Part shown: positions 23,708 through 31,771 of the stretch, piece after piece
Layout of the letters: each line of letters starts with the position of its first letter
Numbering within the stretch: the first letter of the stretch is position 1
Origin: Chloroflexota bacterium
Lineage (GTDB): Bacteria > Chloroflexota > Dehalococcoidia > Lucifugimonadales > JACPCL1
Length of the DNA stretch: 33,748 nt
Assembly (NCBI GenBank): GCA_016210395.1
Contig: JACQUI010000102.1
Span: forward strand, 1 to 33,748
Direction: 5' to 3'
Position numbers and translations under genes: made by a program
Notes under the pieces: model-generated
The model's database searches: none
Seen by the model: the letters and a program-made list of their open reading frames with translations, nothing else
Told to the model about the DNA's origin: nothing

Positions 23708-25534
23708 ATGACTACGTACAGAGCAGTCTTGCAACCCCTCCGCGGCAATCTGTTCCTGCGCTCTGCTTTGCTGGCAGCCGCAGTCATCATCGTGGTCGGG
23801 GCCGGGATCCTGTATGCCATCCGGTTCCCAATCGAAGAGCGCATCCGCTGGGAAGCAACCGATGATGCCTCCATCAAGGTCCAATCGCTCGCTCGAAACC
23901 TTCTCGATCCCCACATGCTTTCTGGACCGCTTTCCGGGCAGGAGTATGAGAGGGTGGACCAGGCGGTGAGGGCATACGTCCTCACCGACCGTGTGAGACG
24001 GGTCAAGATATGGAACCCCGAGCTGGAAGTGATCTATTCTTCTCTTCCCTCCCAGATGGGCAGTGTAGTTTCCGACAACGATGAGCTTCATGAGGCCCTG
24101 GAGGGAAAGACGATTTACGAGTTGGGGACGCCAAAGGAAAGCCCGGATGACCTGGAGTTCGGCGCCGTCATAGAAGCCTACTTCCCCGTTTCCCTGCAGC
24201 CAGGCGCTCCCCCAGACATCGTTGCCGAAGTGTACATCCCGTACGCCCCCTACGCGGCAATCGTCGCTTCAATCCAGCGAATTGTCCTCGTGGCCGCTGC
24301 CCTGGCCGGACTCATCGTGTGCCTCGCCCTGTATTTCGCCTATCGGACGGGGTGGAAGGCAATCAACCGGGAGAAGAACATTGCCAGTCAACGCTCCGCT
24401 GAGATGGACAAGCTCTACCGGATCGTAGCCACAGAGCGCGGCACCCTTGCGGCCATCCAGGAGAGCATGGTGGAAGGGCTGCTTGTCCTCGACCGCTGTG
24501 GCAAGGTGGCCTACCACAACCAGGCTCTGGAGCAGCTCATCGGCCTCAGCGATGGGCAAATCATTGGGTTGCCGCTCAGGCAGGTCTTGGAAGGCAGGAG
24601 TCAGCTTTTCTTTGAGGACAACAAGACCTGTGACGCCCTGCTGGAGGCTTTGCAAAAGTGCCCCGGGGGACCGCTCACCATCGAAGTAGTGATGATATCC
24701 CCCCGCCATCGCGTGCTAAGCGCAACGGCCTTTCCCATCCCAAGAGACGGGCAAGAGCCGATGTCGGGCCTCCTCCTGCGCGACATTACCGAGGAGCGTG
24801 AAGCTGAGCAACGCCGCGACGCCTTCGTCTCCGTGGCCTCCCACGAGTTGCGCACTCCTATGACCGCCATTGTGGGTTTTGCCGAGCTCTTGCGCGACCG
24901 CGATCCCGCGCCTGAGGTGCGCAGGGAGTGGCTCCACTACGTGGTCCGCGAAGGCCAGAGACTCACAGCAATCGTGGAGGACATGCTGAACGTCTCCCGT
25001 ATCCAGTCTGGGAAACTGACCGTGGACCTGGCCCGTGTGGATATTCGCGATATCTTCCGAACCGTCGCCGGCGCCTTGCAGCCGACCACGGCAAACCACA
25101 GGATCGTGATTGAGGCGCCACAAAGCATCCCCCCGGTCATCGCCGACAAGGACAAGCTGATGCAAGTCATCATCAACCTGGTGTCCAACGCCATCAAATA
25201 CAGCCCCAACGGCGGCGACGTCATCCTCAACGCGACCAGCAATTCTGAGAGGGCAGAGCTTGTTCTCAGCGTTGCCGACCAGGGGATAGGCATCGCGCCC
25301 GAAGACCGGGCGCGCCTCTTCTCCACATTCACACGCATCCGGCGGCCCGAGACCGAAGGCATACGGGGAACGGGACTTGGCCTCTACATCGTGAAAGGCC
25401 TGGTGGAGCTCATGCTCGGACGCATCTGGCTTGACAGCGAAGTCCACAAAGGCTCCACGTTCTACGTCGCCCTCCCTGCCATCATCCCGGCGCAGCCAGT
25501 CGCCAGAGCATCGGGAGCAACTGTTACAGGATAG
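23708..25534 (+). CDS. Membrane sensor histidine kinase (two TM segments, PAS-like region, HisKA, HATPase_c)
   Basis: H-box SHELRTPMTAIVGFAELL. N-box NLVSNAIKYSP. G-boxes DQGIGI and GTGLGLYIVKGLV. TM segments LLAAAVIIVVGAGILYAI and LVAAALAGLIVCLALYFA. Confidence 0.92.
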   Translation: MTTYRAVLQPLRGNLFLRSALLAAAVIIVVGAGILYAIRFPIEERIRWEATDDASIKVQSLARNLLDPHMLSGPLSGQEYERVDQAVRAYVLTDRVRRVKIWNPELEVIYSSLPSQMGSVVSDNDELHEALEGKTIYELGTPKESPDDLEFGAVIEAYFPVSLQPGAPPDIVAEVYIPYAPYAAIVASIQRIVLVAAALAGLIVCLALYFAYRTGWKAINREKNIASQRSAEMDKLYRIVATERGTLAAIQESMVEGLLVLDRCGKVAYHNQALEQLIGLSDGQIIGLPLRQVLEGRSQLFFEDNKTCDALLEALQKCPGGPLTIEVVMISPRHRVLSATAFPIPRDGQEPMSGLLLRDITEEREAEQRRDAFVSVASHELRTPMTAIVGFAELLRDRDPAPEVRREWLHYVVREGQRLTAIVEDMLNVSRIQSGKLTVDLARVDIRDIFRTVAGALQPTTANHRIVIEAPQSIPPVIADKDKLMQVIINLVSNAIKYSPNGGDVILNATSNSERAELVLSVADQGIGIAPEDRARLFSTFTRIRRPETEGIRGTGLGLYIVKGLVELMLGRIWLDSEVHKGSTFYVALPAIIPAQPVARASGATVTG

Positions 25535-25553
25535 TCAAGTGACCCAATGAGAA

Positions 25554-25586
25554 AACAGGCGGTGCGCCAAAGGCGCACCGCCTGTT
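25554..25586. terminator. Hairpin terminator between convergent kinase and acyl-CoA ligase genes
   Basis: AACAGGCGGTGCGCC-AAA-GGCGCACCGCCTGTT, a perfect 15-bp stem. A second small hairpin TTAGCAA-ATC-TTGCTAA follows at 25585-25601. Confidence 0.65.
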
Positions 25587-25633
25587 AGCAAATCTTGCTA
25601 ACCTAAACGCTAAATCTACTGGGAAAGGCCGCG

Positions 25634-27163
25634 CTAGATCCGCCGGTCTTTGCCGGCAAAGGCCTCCGCAACAGCACGGCGCTGCACCTTGCCCGTGGCG
25701 GTGCGCGGTATCTGCGGGACGACATAGATGGAGCGCGGCGCTTTGAAGTCGGCCAGCCGCTCCCGGCAATGCTTGATCAGCTCCGCCTCGGTCACCTGGC
25801 CGCTCAGGACGACCGCCGCCGCCGGCTCCTCGCCGTGCGTTGGGTGAGGGACGCCGAACGCCACAGCCTCCGCCACAGCGGGATGGCTCAGCAGCGCCTC
25901 GTCTATCTCTACGGGCGCTATTTTCTCGCCGCTGCGGTTAATCAGCTCCTTGATGCGCCCCACCAGGGACAGATAGCCGCCCGCGCCAACCACGCCCTCA
26001 TCGCCTGTGCGGAACCACCCGTTCACGAACGATGAAGCATTGGCTGCAGGATTGTCCTCATAGGCCGAGATCACGTTGGGGCCTTTGATAACAACCTCAC
26101 CCTGAAGACCTTCAGGAAGCAGATTCCCCTCCCCGTCCATGATGCCGATCTCCACCCCTGTTGCCATGCCGACGCTTCCCGGCACGCGCCTGCCCGGCGG
26201 CAGCGGATTGGACGCCATCTGGTGCGCGGCCTCGGTCATGCCGTAGGCTTCCAGCACCGGCACGGCAAACCGCGCCTCCATCTCGTGCATGAGCCCGGCA
26301 GAGAGCGATGAGCTGCATGAGCGCACGAACCGCAGGCTCCCCAGCAACGAAGGGTCAACGCTGTTGCTCCTGGCCCGGGCGACCAGCGCCTGGTGCATGG
26401 CGGGTACAGCGGTGAACCACGTGGCCTGGTAGCGCTGGACCACCGGCCAGAAGCCCATAGGGTTGAAGCGCGAGGGCAACACCACTGTGCCGCCGGAGGC
26501 AAGGGTTGCCAGCGTGGACGCCACGAGGCCGTGGACGTGGAAGAGCGGCATGACGCACAGGGACACGTCTTCGGGCGTCAGGTTGTAGGTGCGGATGATG
26601 TTGCCGACCGAGGCCATGACGTTGCGGTGGCGCAGCGGCACGCGCTTGGGCCTGCTGGTGGTGCCGCTGGTGTGCAGCACCAGGGCCACGTCTTCTGCCT
26701 CGGCGAACCCATCGGAGGACCAGCCGTTCCGGTGCGCAGCGGTCTCCAGCCTCACTTCGCCCTCGGCGTCCATGCCTGCGACAACATGAATCGCTCCCGG
26801 CGGCAGGGCCTGGACTGCGGCCTCGGCCCCATCCTTGGGCGTGATGAGTACCTTGGCCCGCGTGTCCTCCAGGTAGAAGGCGAACTCCTGGGACTTGTAG
26901 GCCGGGTTCAGCGGAGCGGCAGTCCCCGCCGTGGCGGCTGCAAGAAAGAGGATGATGGCTTCAGGTGTGTTGGGCGTCACCAGGGCTACCCGGTCGCCCC
27001 TACGCACCCCAAGGGCCTTGAGGTCCTCGGCCACCCGCTGGACCTGTGAGCGGAGCGATCCGTAGGTGATCGCCGGGCCATCGGGTGACTGGATTGCCGT
27101 GTGGGAGGCCACGCTGGTTTCCAGCAACGCCAGCAGCGATTGAGCGGAAGCGGTGATAGTCAT
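25634..27163 (-). CDS. AMP-dependent acyl-CoA ligase, oxalate--CoA ligase (AAE3/Pcs60)-like
   Basis: LHTSGTTSRPKRVPL, MPLFHVHGL, WFTAVPAMHQ, LRFVRSCSSSL, VPVLEAYGMTEAAHQMASNPLP, GWFRTGD and GYLSLVGRIKELINRSGEKIAPVEID. These closely track the plant AAE3 / yeast Pcs60 sequences as I remember them. GGGAGG lies upstream of the ATG. Confidence 0.85.
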   Translation of the reverse strand: MTITASAQSLLALLETSVASHTAIQSPDGPAITYGSLRSQVQRVAEDLKALGVRRGDRVALVTPNTPEAIILFLAAATAGTAAPLNPAYKSQEFAFYLEDTRAKVLITPKDGAEAAVQALPPGAIHVVAGMDAEGEVRLETAAHRNGWSSDGFAEAEDVALVLHTSGTTSRPKRVPLRHRNVMASVGNIIRTYNLTPEDVSLCVMPLFHVHGLVASTLATLASGGTVVLPSRFNPMGFWPVVQRYQATWFTAVPAMHQALVARARSNSVDPSLLGSLRFVRSCSSSLSAGLMHEMEARFAVPVLEAYGMTEAAHQMASNPLPPGRRVPGSVGMATGVEIGIMDGEGNLLPEGLQGEVVIKGPNVISAYEDNPAANASSFVNGWFRTGDEGVVGAGGYLSLVGRIKELINRSGEKIAPVEIDEALLSHPAVAEAVAFGVPHPTHGEEPAAAVVLSGQVTEAELIKHCRERLADFKAPRSIYVVPQIPRTATGKVQRRAVAEAFAGKDRRI

Positions 27164-27243
27164 GTGCCAAGCCTCCCGTACGCCGGTTGTCCGTTACGAT
27201 ATATGGATATAACCAGGTGAACAGCGCCCGTTCTCTGTAATGA

Positions 27244-27292
27244 ATGCGCATGAATCAGCTAAATGCATGTTAACGCCTATACATGCGCCATG
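27244..27292. promoter_or_regulatory. Three palindromic ATGC(G)CAT-type boxes in the leader of the acyl-CoA ligase gene (candidate operator array)
   Basis: ATGCGCAT at 27244-27251, ATGCAT at 27263-27268, CATGCGCCATG at 27282-27292. Centres are about 18-21 bp apart, just downstream of the predicted minus-strand start site. Confidence 0.35.
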
Positions 27293-27306
27293 AGCCATTG
27301 ACAGAA

Positions 27307-27335
27307 ATTATAGTAAGCTATGAGGTATTTGTCAA
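27307..27335 (-). promoter_or_regulatory. Consensus sigma70-type promoter reading toward the acyl-CoA ligase gene
   Basis: The minus strand reads TTGACA (27335-27330), 17-nt spacer, TATAAT (27312-27307). Both hexamers are perfect consensus. A plus-strand TTGACA at 27298-27303 forms an inverted repeat with it. Confidence 0.6.
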
Positions 27336-27411
27336 ACCCCTGTGCGAGCAATGATGGTATTGACGATTTGAATTGGACTTTTGCCAGGACGATGGCTACA
27401 CTGTGGGCGCA

Positions 27412-28155
27412 ATGGTCAGACCACCAGACCAGCAGACCACAACGCTGGACCCCGCCATCACAGCGGTGCACCGCACACGCCTCTTCGAAAGCGTGGTGGC
27501 GCAGTTGCGGGAGCTTATCCGGGACGGCAAGCTCCTGCCGGGGCAGCGCCTTCCCTCTGAGCGGGAGATGGCCCAGCGGTTCCAGGTAAGCCGCGCCTCG
27601 GTGCGCGAGGCCGTCCGCGCCTTAGAGCAAGAGGGCCTGGTGGCGACCCGCTCCGGCGCGGGGACATTCGTGAGCGAGGAGGGCTTTGATGCGGCGGTGG
27701 ATGTCCTGGCAAAGCGATTGCTGGCCGGACGCGAGGTCGTCGCAGATATCCTGGAGCTGCGGTTGCTCCTGGAGCCGCAGATAGCGGCACTGGCTGCCCA
27801 GCGGGCAACGGCGGGGGACAAGGAGCAGATGGCGGCTATTCTGAGGGAGCAAGAGGCGCAGGTGGCGGAGGGAGAGACCGGGGCCGCCGCCGACGTGGCA
27901 TTTCATTCCACCGTTGCTTCCGCCTCGCACAACCAGGTCCTGGAACGGCTCAGCGCAACGCTCGCCGACCTCCTGTCCCCCATCAGAGACGAAGGCCTCC
28001 AGACGCCGGACCGCTCCTACAGCTCCCTGCGCACCCACAGGGCAATCCTTCAGGCAATAGAGGCAGGAGACCAGGAGGCCGCCCGCTTGGCCATGCAAGA
28101 GCACATCGAGGGCGTGGAACGCGAGCTTTCGCAGGACTCGCCGGGGCGCCAGTAG
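27412..28155 (+). CDS. GntR-family transcriptional regulator, FadR subfamily (FCD C-terminal domain)
   Basis: Winged-HTH segment LPSEREMAQRFQVSRASVREAVRALEQEGLV..R.G.GTFV followed by an all-helical C-terminal domain. The ORF track starts at TTG 27373. I prefer the in-frame ATG at 27412, but the start is uncertain. Confidence 0.85.
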   Translation: MVRPPDQQTTTLDPAITAVHRTRLFESVVAQLRELIRDGKLLPGQRLPSEREMAQRFQVSRASVREAVRALEQEGLVATRSGAGTFVSEEGFDAAVDVLAKRLLAGREVVADILELRLLLEPQIAALAAQRATAGDKEQMAAILREQEAQVAEGETGAAADVAFHSTVASASHNQVLERLSATLADLLSPIRDEGLQTPDRSYSSLRTHRAILQAIEAGDQEAARLAMQEHIEGVERELSQDSPGRQ

Positions 28156-28195
28156 CGGGGCACGAGGGGCAAGAATTGCAGGGCGGGGGATATTC

Positions 28196-28259
28196 GTAGG
28201 GGCAGACCCGCGTGTCTGCCCAGTCCCATGGGTAGGCGGATACGTCGGTCCGCCCTTAC
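28196..28259. repeat. Two tandem GTAGG-type GC-rich hairpins between the regulator and the oxidoreductase operon
   Basis: GTAGGGGCAGAC-CCGCGT-GTCTGCCC (stem 28200-28207 / 28214-28221) and GTAGGCGGA-TACGTCGG-TCCGCCCTTAC (stem 28235-28240 / 28249-28254). Confidence 0.6.
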
Positions 28260-28317
28260 AAGCAACGTTCATGGCTTCACCTTCTCAGCACAGGAACAGG
28301 AAAGGAGGGTAGCGACT

Positions 28318-29481
28318 TTGACAACATTCGCAGTAGAAGTCGTGTACCGGGGCATTTTCCAGCGGACCCTTTCCCGGAACATCTGCCGGGGCATCGTCCT
28401 GGCTGCCAGGAAAGAGGGCAAGATTGGGACGGCGTTCGGCCGGTACGGAGACTCCCCGGAGAGGAACGGCATTCCGGCCAAGTATTTCGCGGTCGTCGCC
28501 GACGACCAGCTCGCGCTGGAGGAGACCCTTGCCAGGTACGAGCCAACGGAGGTGGACGTCACCATCTGCGTTGACGACACCATGTGCAAGGGCATCGAGT
28601 CCTGGGCCTGGTACGGCCTCCAGCCCATCAACGCCCTGACCAAACAGGGCGGCACGCTCCTCGTCGTCTCCAAGCAGGCTCCGGAAGCCCTGCTGGAGGA
28701 CATCCACCGCAAGGACGTTCCCTATGAGGTGGGCATCATCAGCGGGCCCGCAAGCTTCTCCGGCCTGTGGGTCTACAAGGACGACCATACCGATGTGCGC
28801 ATCCTGGGCGCCCTGGCAAAGGTGTGCCCCGGCCTTGCAGGCATGGACTCCTATGAGAAGGTCATCCAGGACGTGTGGAAGAGCGACCCCAAGGTCAAGT
28901 CGGCGCGGCGCTCCCACGACCTCACCTTGCGCCGACCCATCGAACCGGCGGAAGGCAACACCTCCACGCCATTCTCGTTCTCCAAGCCCGGCTGGACTGA
29001 GATGCGCCAGGCCCTCACCATCACCGGCGTCCCCCAGGGCGGCGGGTTCCGCGGAGGCACGGAAGGCTTCCAGGCTGCCCGCAGCGAGGTGTTCAAGAAA
29101 TACAGCACCCGCACTATGCGCCCCGTTATTAACTTCCAAACATGCACCAAGTGCACCCTCTGCTGGCTCCAGTGCCCGGACTCCTGCTTTGACGTGACGC
29201 CGGACAGCCACTACGACGCCAACCTGGAGGCCTGCTGCGGCTGCGGCGTTTGCGCAGACGTGTGCCCGGTGGACAAGTGCGTCACCATGGTCAACGAGGC
29301 CCAGTTCAACGACAACGCCAGCCAGTACGAGTGGTTCCAGCGGGACCAGGCTGGCTACCTGCGATGGCTGGACGGCGTTATCACCCGGCAGGACGCAGAG
29401 GCCCGCTCCCATGGTCTTCACCACTGGGGCCAATACAAAGAAGAGATAGCTGCCGCGGCAGCATCGGAGGGTAGCAGATGA
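28318..29481 (+). CDS. 2-oxoacid:ferredoxin oxidoreductase, fused gamma + delta (2x[4Fe-4S]) subunit
   Basis: Two ferredoxin motifs: CTKCTLCWLQCP and CCGCGVCADVCP. The N-terminal domain resembles the OFOR gamma domain but lacks the usual GxGGQG stretch. The start is set at TTG 28318, 9 nt after AAAGGAGGG (28301-28309); the ORF-track start is 28228. Confidence 0.8.
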   Translation: MTTFAVEVVYRGIFQRTLSRNICRGIVLAARKEGKIGTAFGRYGDSPERNGIPAKYFAVVADDQLALEETLARYEPTEVDVTICVDDTMCKGIESWAWYGLQPINALTKQGGTLLVVSKQAPEALLEDIHRKDVPYEVGIISGPASFSGLWVYKDDHTDVRILGALAKVCPGLAGMDSYEKVIQDVWKSDPKVKSARRSHDLTLRRPIEPAEGNTSTPFSFSKPGWTEMRQALTITGVPQGGGFRGGTEGFQAARSEVFKKYSTRTMRPVINFQTCTKCTLCWLQCPDSCFDVTPDSHYDANLEACCGCGVCADVCPVDKCVTMVNEAQFNDNASQYEWFQRDQAGYLRWLDGVITRQDAEARSHGLHHWGQYKEEIAAAAASEGSR

Positions 29482-30704
29482 CAACGAGGACTGAAGCCCC
29501 AATCGCAGAGCGCGAGGAGCTCATCAGCGGCAGCGAGGCCATCGCAAATGCCTGCGTCCTGGCTGACATTGACGTGGTCACGGCCTACCCCATTCGCCCC
29601 TACGACACCGTCATGCAGTACCTGTCGAAGGTTATCGCTGACGGGGACCTGAGCTGCGAGTTCATCGTCGCCGAGAGCGAGCACTCCCAGTTCGAGATCG
29701 TCAAGCACGCCTCCGCCGTCGGCGCGCGCACGTTCGTCGGCTCCAGCGGCGTGGGCTGGTTCTACGCCCTGGAGGCCATCGCCGTTACCGCAGGCCTCCG
29801 CCTGCCGGTGGTCGCGCTGGTGGGCAACCGCGCCCTGGACGACCCCGGCGCCTTCGGCTGCGAGCACAACGACGCCCTGGCGGTGCGCGACCTGGGCTGG
29901 ATGATGAACTGGATCTCCACCGCCCAGGAGGCGCTGGACACCGCCCTCATCGCCTGGCGTGTGGCGGAAGACCCCCGCGTCTTCCTCCCCTGCGCCATCA
30001 GCGCCGACGGCGCGTTCCTGACCCACTCTCAGCAGATCGTCCGCGTGCCGGACAAGCGCCTGGTCCAGCGGTTCCTGCCCCCCTACAACCGGGGCGATCT
30101 TCAGCTACATCCCGATAACCCCATCACCATCGCCCCGCAGGTCAACGAGGACTGGCTCATGGAGATGCGCAAGCAGACCGACGCCGCCATGCGCCGAGCC
30201 TGGGATGTCATCATCGAGGCCAACGACGACTTCAACCGCATCTTCCACCGAGACTCCACACCCTTCACCGAGGAGTACATGACCGAAGACGCCGACGTGA
30301 TCCTCGTGGGCGTCGGCACGCTGGCCCTGCCCATTAAGGTGGCGGTACGGCGGCTTCGTGAGCAGGGCCACAAGGTCGGCTTCCTGCGCATCAAGTGGTT
30401 CCGCCCCTTCCCAATGCCGGAGGTGCAGAAGGCACTGGCCAACGCAAAGGCCGTGGGCGTCATAGACCGGGACTACTCCTTTGGCTCACCCATGCACAGC
30501 GGAGTCCTGGTCCATGAGATACGGTCGGCGCTGTACGACCTGCCCCGGCGCGTGCCGGTGGTGAGCTTCATAGCGGGCCTGGGCGGGCGCGAGATCACGC
30601 AGCCCTATGCCAGGGAGATGTTCGACACGACAGGACAAGTAGCGCAGACGGGCAAGTCCGATGGCCAGACCCACTGGATCGGTGTACGGGAGAAGCAGGA
30701 ATGA
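29478..30704 (+). CDS. 2-oxoacid:ferredoxin oxidoreductase alpha subunit (oxalate-oxidoreductase-like YPIRP variant)
   Basis: SGSEAIA......D.DVVTAYPIRPYD and SGVG are typical of OFOR alpha, but with Arg in place of Thr in YPITP (nt 29586-29600). The start overlaps the upstream stop (ATGA at 29478-29481). Confidence 0.88.
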   Translation: MTTRTEAPIAEREELISGSEAIANACVLADIDVVTAYPIRPYDTVMQYLSKVIADGDLSCEFIVAESEHSQFEIVKHASAVGARTFVGSSGVGWFYALEAIAVTAGLRLPVVALVGNRALDDPGAFGCEHNDALAVRDLGWMMNWISTAQEALDTALIAWRVAEDPRVFLPCAISADGAFLTHSQQIVRVPDKRLVQRFLPPYNRGDLQLHPDNPITIAPQVNEDWLMEMRKQTDAAMRRAWDVIIEANDDFNRIFHRDSTPFTEEYMTEDADVILVGVGTLALPIKVAVRRLREQGHKVGFLRIKWFRPFPMPEVQKALANAKAVGVIDRDYSFGSPMHSGVLVHEIRSALYDLPRRVPVVSFIAGLGGREITQPYAREMFDTTGQVAQTGKSDGQTHWIGVREKQE

Positions 30705-31702
30705 CCACCACGCAGAACCTACCCCAAATTCGCGGCGTCCATAATGCTCCGCTGGCGGAGTTCTACACCTCAGGCCACCGCACCTGCCAGGGGTGTGAGT
30801 CGGCCCTGGTCATGAAGCTCATGGTGAAGGCGGCCGGCCCACGGACCATCGTCCTGGGCAGCACCGGCTGTATGTACGTGGCCAACACCACCTACTACAG
30901 CACCCCCTGGGTCGTGCCATGGATGCACACCCAGCTCGGCTCTTCCGGTTCGGCTGCCACAGGCACCGCCGCCGCCCTGAAGGTCCTGATGAAAAAGGGC
31001 AAGATGAAGGAGGAGCCCATCAACGTCATCTCCTTCTGCGGTGATGGCGGCGGCGCGGACATGGGCCTCTCGGCCATTTCCGCCTCGATGACCCACTCGC
31101 AGTACAACCACCTGGTGCTCATGTACGACAACGAGTCGTACGCGAACACGGACATCCAGGTGTCCGGGTCCTCGCCCTGGGGCGCCAACACCAGCTTCAG
31201 CACCCCCGGCAAGGTCCGCCGCATCATGAACGACCGGTGGAAGAAGAACACCGCCGCCATGCTGGCCCACGGGCATCCCAAGTCCCGCTTCGTCGCCACG
31301 GGCTGCCCTTCCTACGCCCTGGACCTGATGAATAAGGTGCGAAGGGCGCTGACCCTGGGCGGGCCGACGTTCATCCACAGCTTTGACCCCTGTCCCAAGG
31401 GATGGGACTACGACCCCAAGTTCTCTCACGAGCTTGGCATCATGGCTGTGGAGACAGGCCTCTGGGTGCAATGGACCATCGAGGACAACGTCCTGCGCTA
31501 CGACGGCCCATCCCGCATGATCGCCTCCGGCAGGCGGAAGCGGAAGCCCATCGTAGAGTATCTGAAGCGCCAGGGCCGCTTCGCCCATTTCACAGAGGAA
31601 GACATCACGTACTTCCAGTCCCAGGTGGACGAGATATGGGACAAATGGGGCACGCCGGGCGTCTCCCAGGTACGGCTCGACGTCAAGGGTGACAGAGCGT
31701 AG
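30701..31702 (+). CDS. 2-oxoacid:ferredoxin oxidoreductase beta subunit (TPP-binding)
   Basis: CQGC cluster ligands. TPP motif CGDGGGADMGLSAISASMTHSQYNHLVLMYDNESYANT. ATGA overlap with alpha at 30701-30704. Confidence 0.9.
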   Translation: MTTTQNLPQIRGVHNAPLAEFYTSGHRTCQGCESALVMKLMVKAAGPRTIVLGSTGCMYVANTTYYSTPWVVPWMHTQLGSSGSAATGTAAALKVLMKKGKMKEEPINVISFCGDGGGADMGLSAISASMTHSQYNHLVLMYDNESYANTDIQVSGSSPWGANTSFSTPGKVRRIMNDRWKKNTAAMLAHGHPKSRFVATGCPSYALDLMNKVRRALTLGGPTFIHSFDPCPKGWDYDPKFSHELGIMAVETGLWVQWTIEDNVLRYDGPSRMIASGRRKRKPIVEYLKRQGRFAHFTEEDITYFQSQVDEIWDKWGTPGVSQVRLDVKGDRA

Positions 31703-31722
31703 CCGGAACAGCGCGGCAACCC

Positions 31723-31753
31723 AAAAGCAGGCCGACTCTGTCGGCCTGCTTTT
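31723..31753. terminator. Bidirectional intrinsic terminator between the oxidoreductase operon and the LysR gene
   Basis: AAAAGCAGGCCGA-CTCTG-TCGGCCTGCTTTT: a GC-rich stem flanked by an A-tract and a T-tract. Confidence 0.8.
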
Positions 31754-31771
31754 GTTCAGGCAACCGGCGTA

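Noticed and set aside
28285-29502. 405-aa minus-strand ORF, and similar long antisense ORFs at 21607-22584 (+), 5544-6560 (-), 2627-3220 (-), 1225-2208 (+), 30770-31588 (-) and 24716-25447 (-)
   Set aside because: All are antisense to genes with clear family motifs. All have Arg/Gly/His-rich featureless translations. These are GC-rich shadow ORFs.
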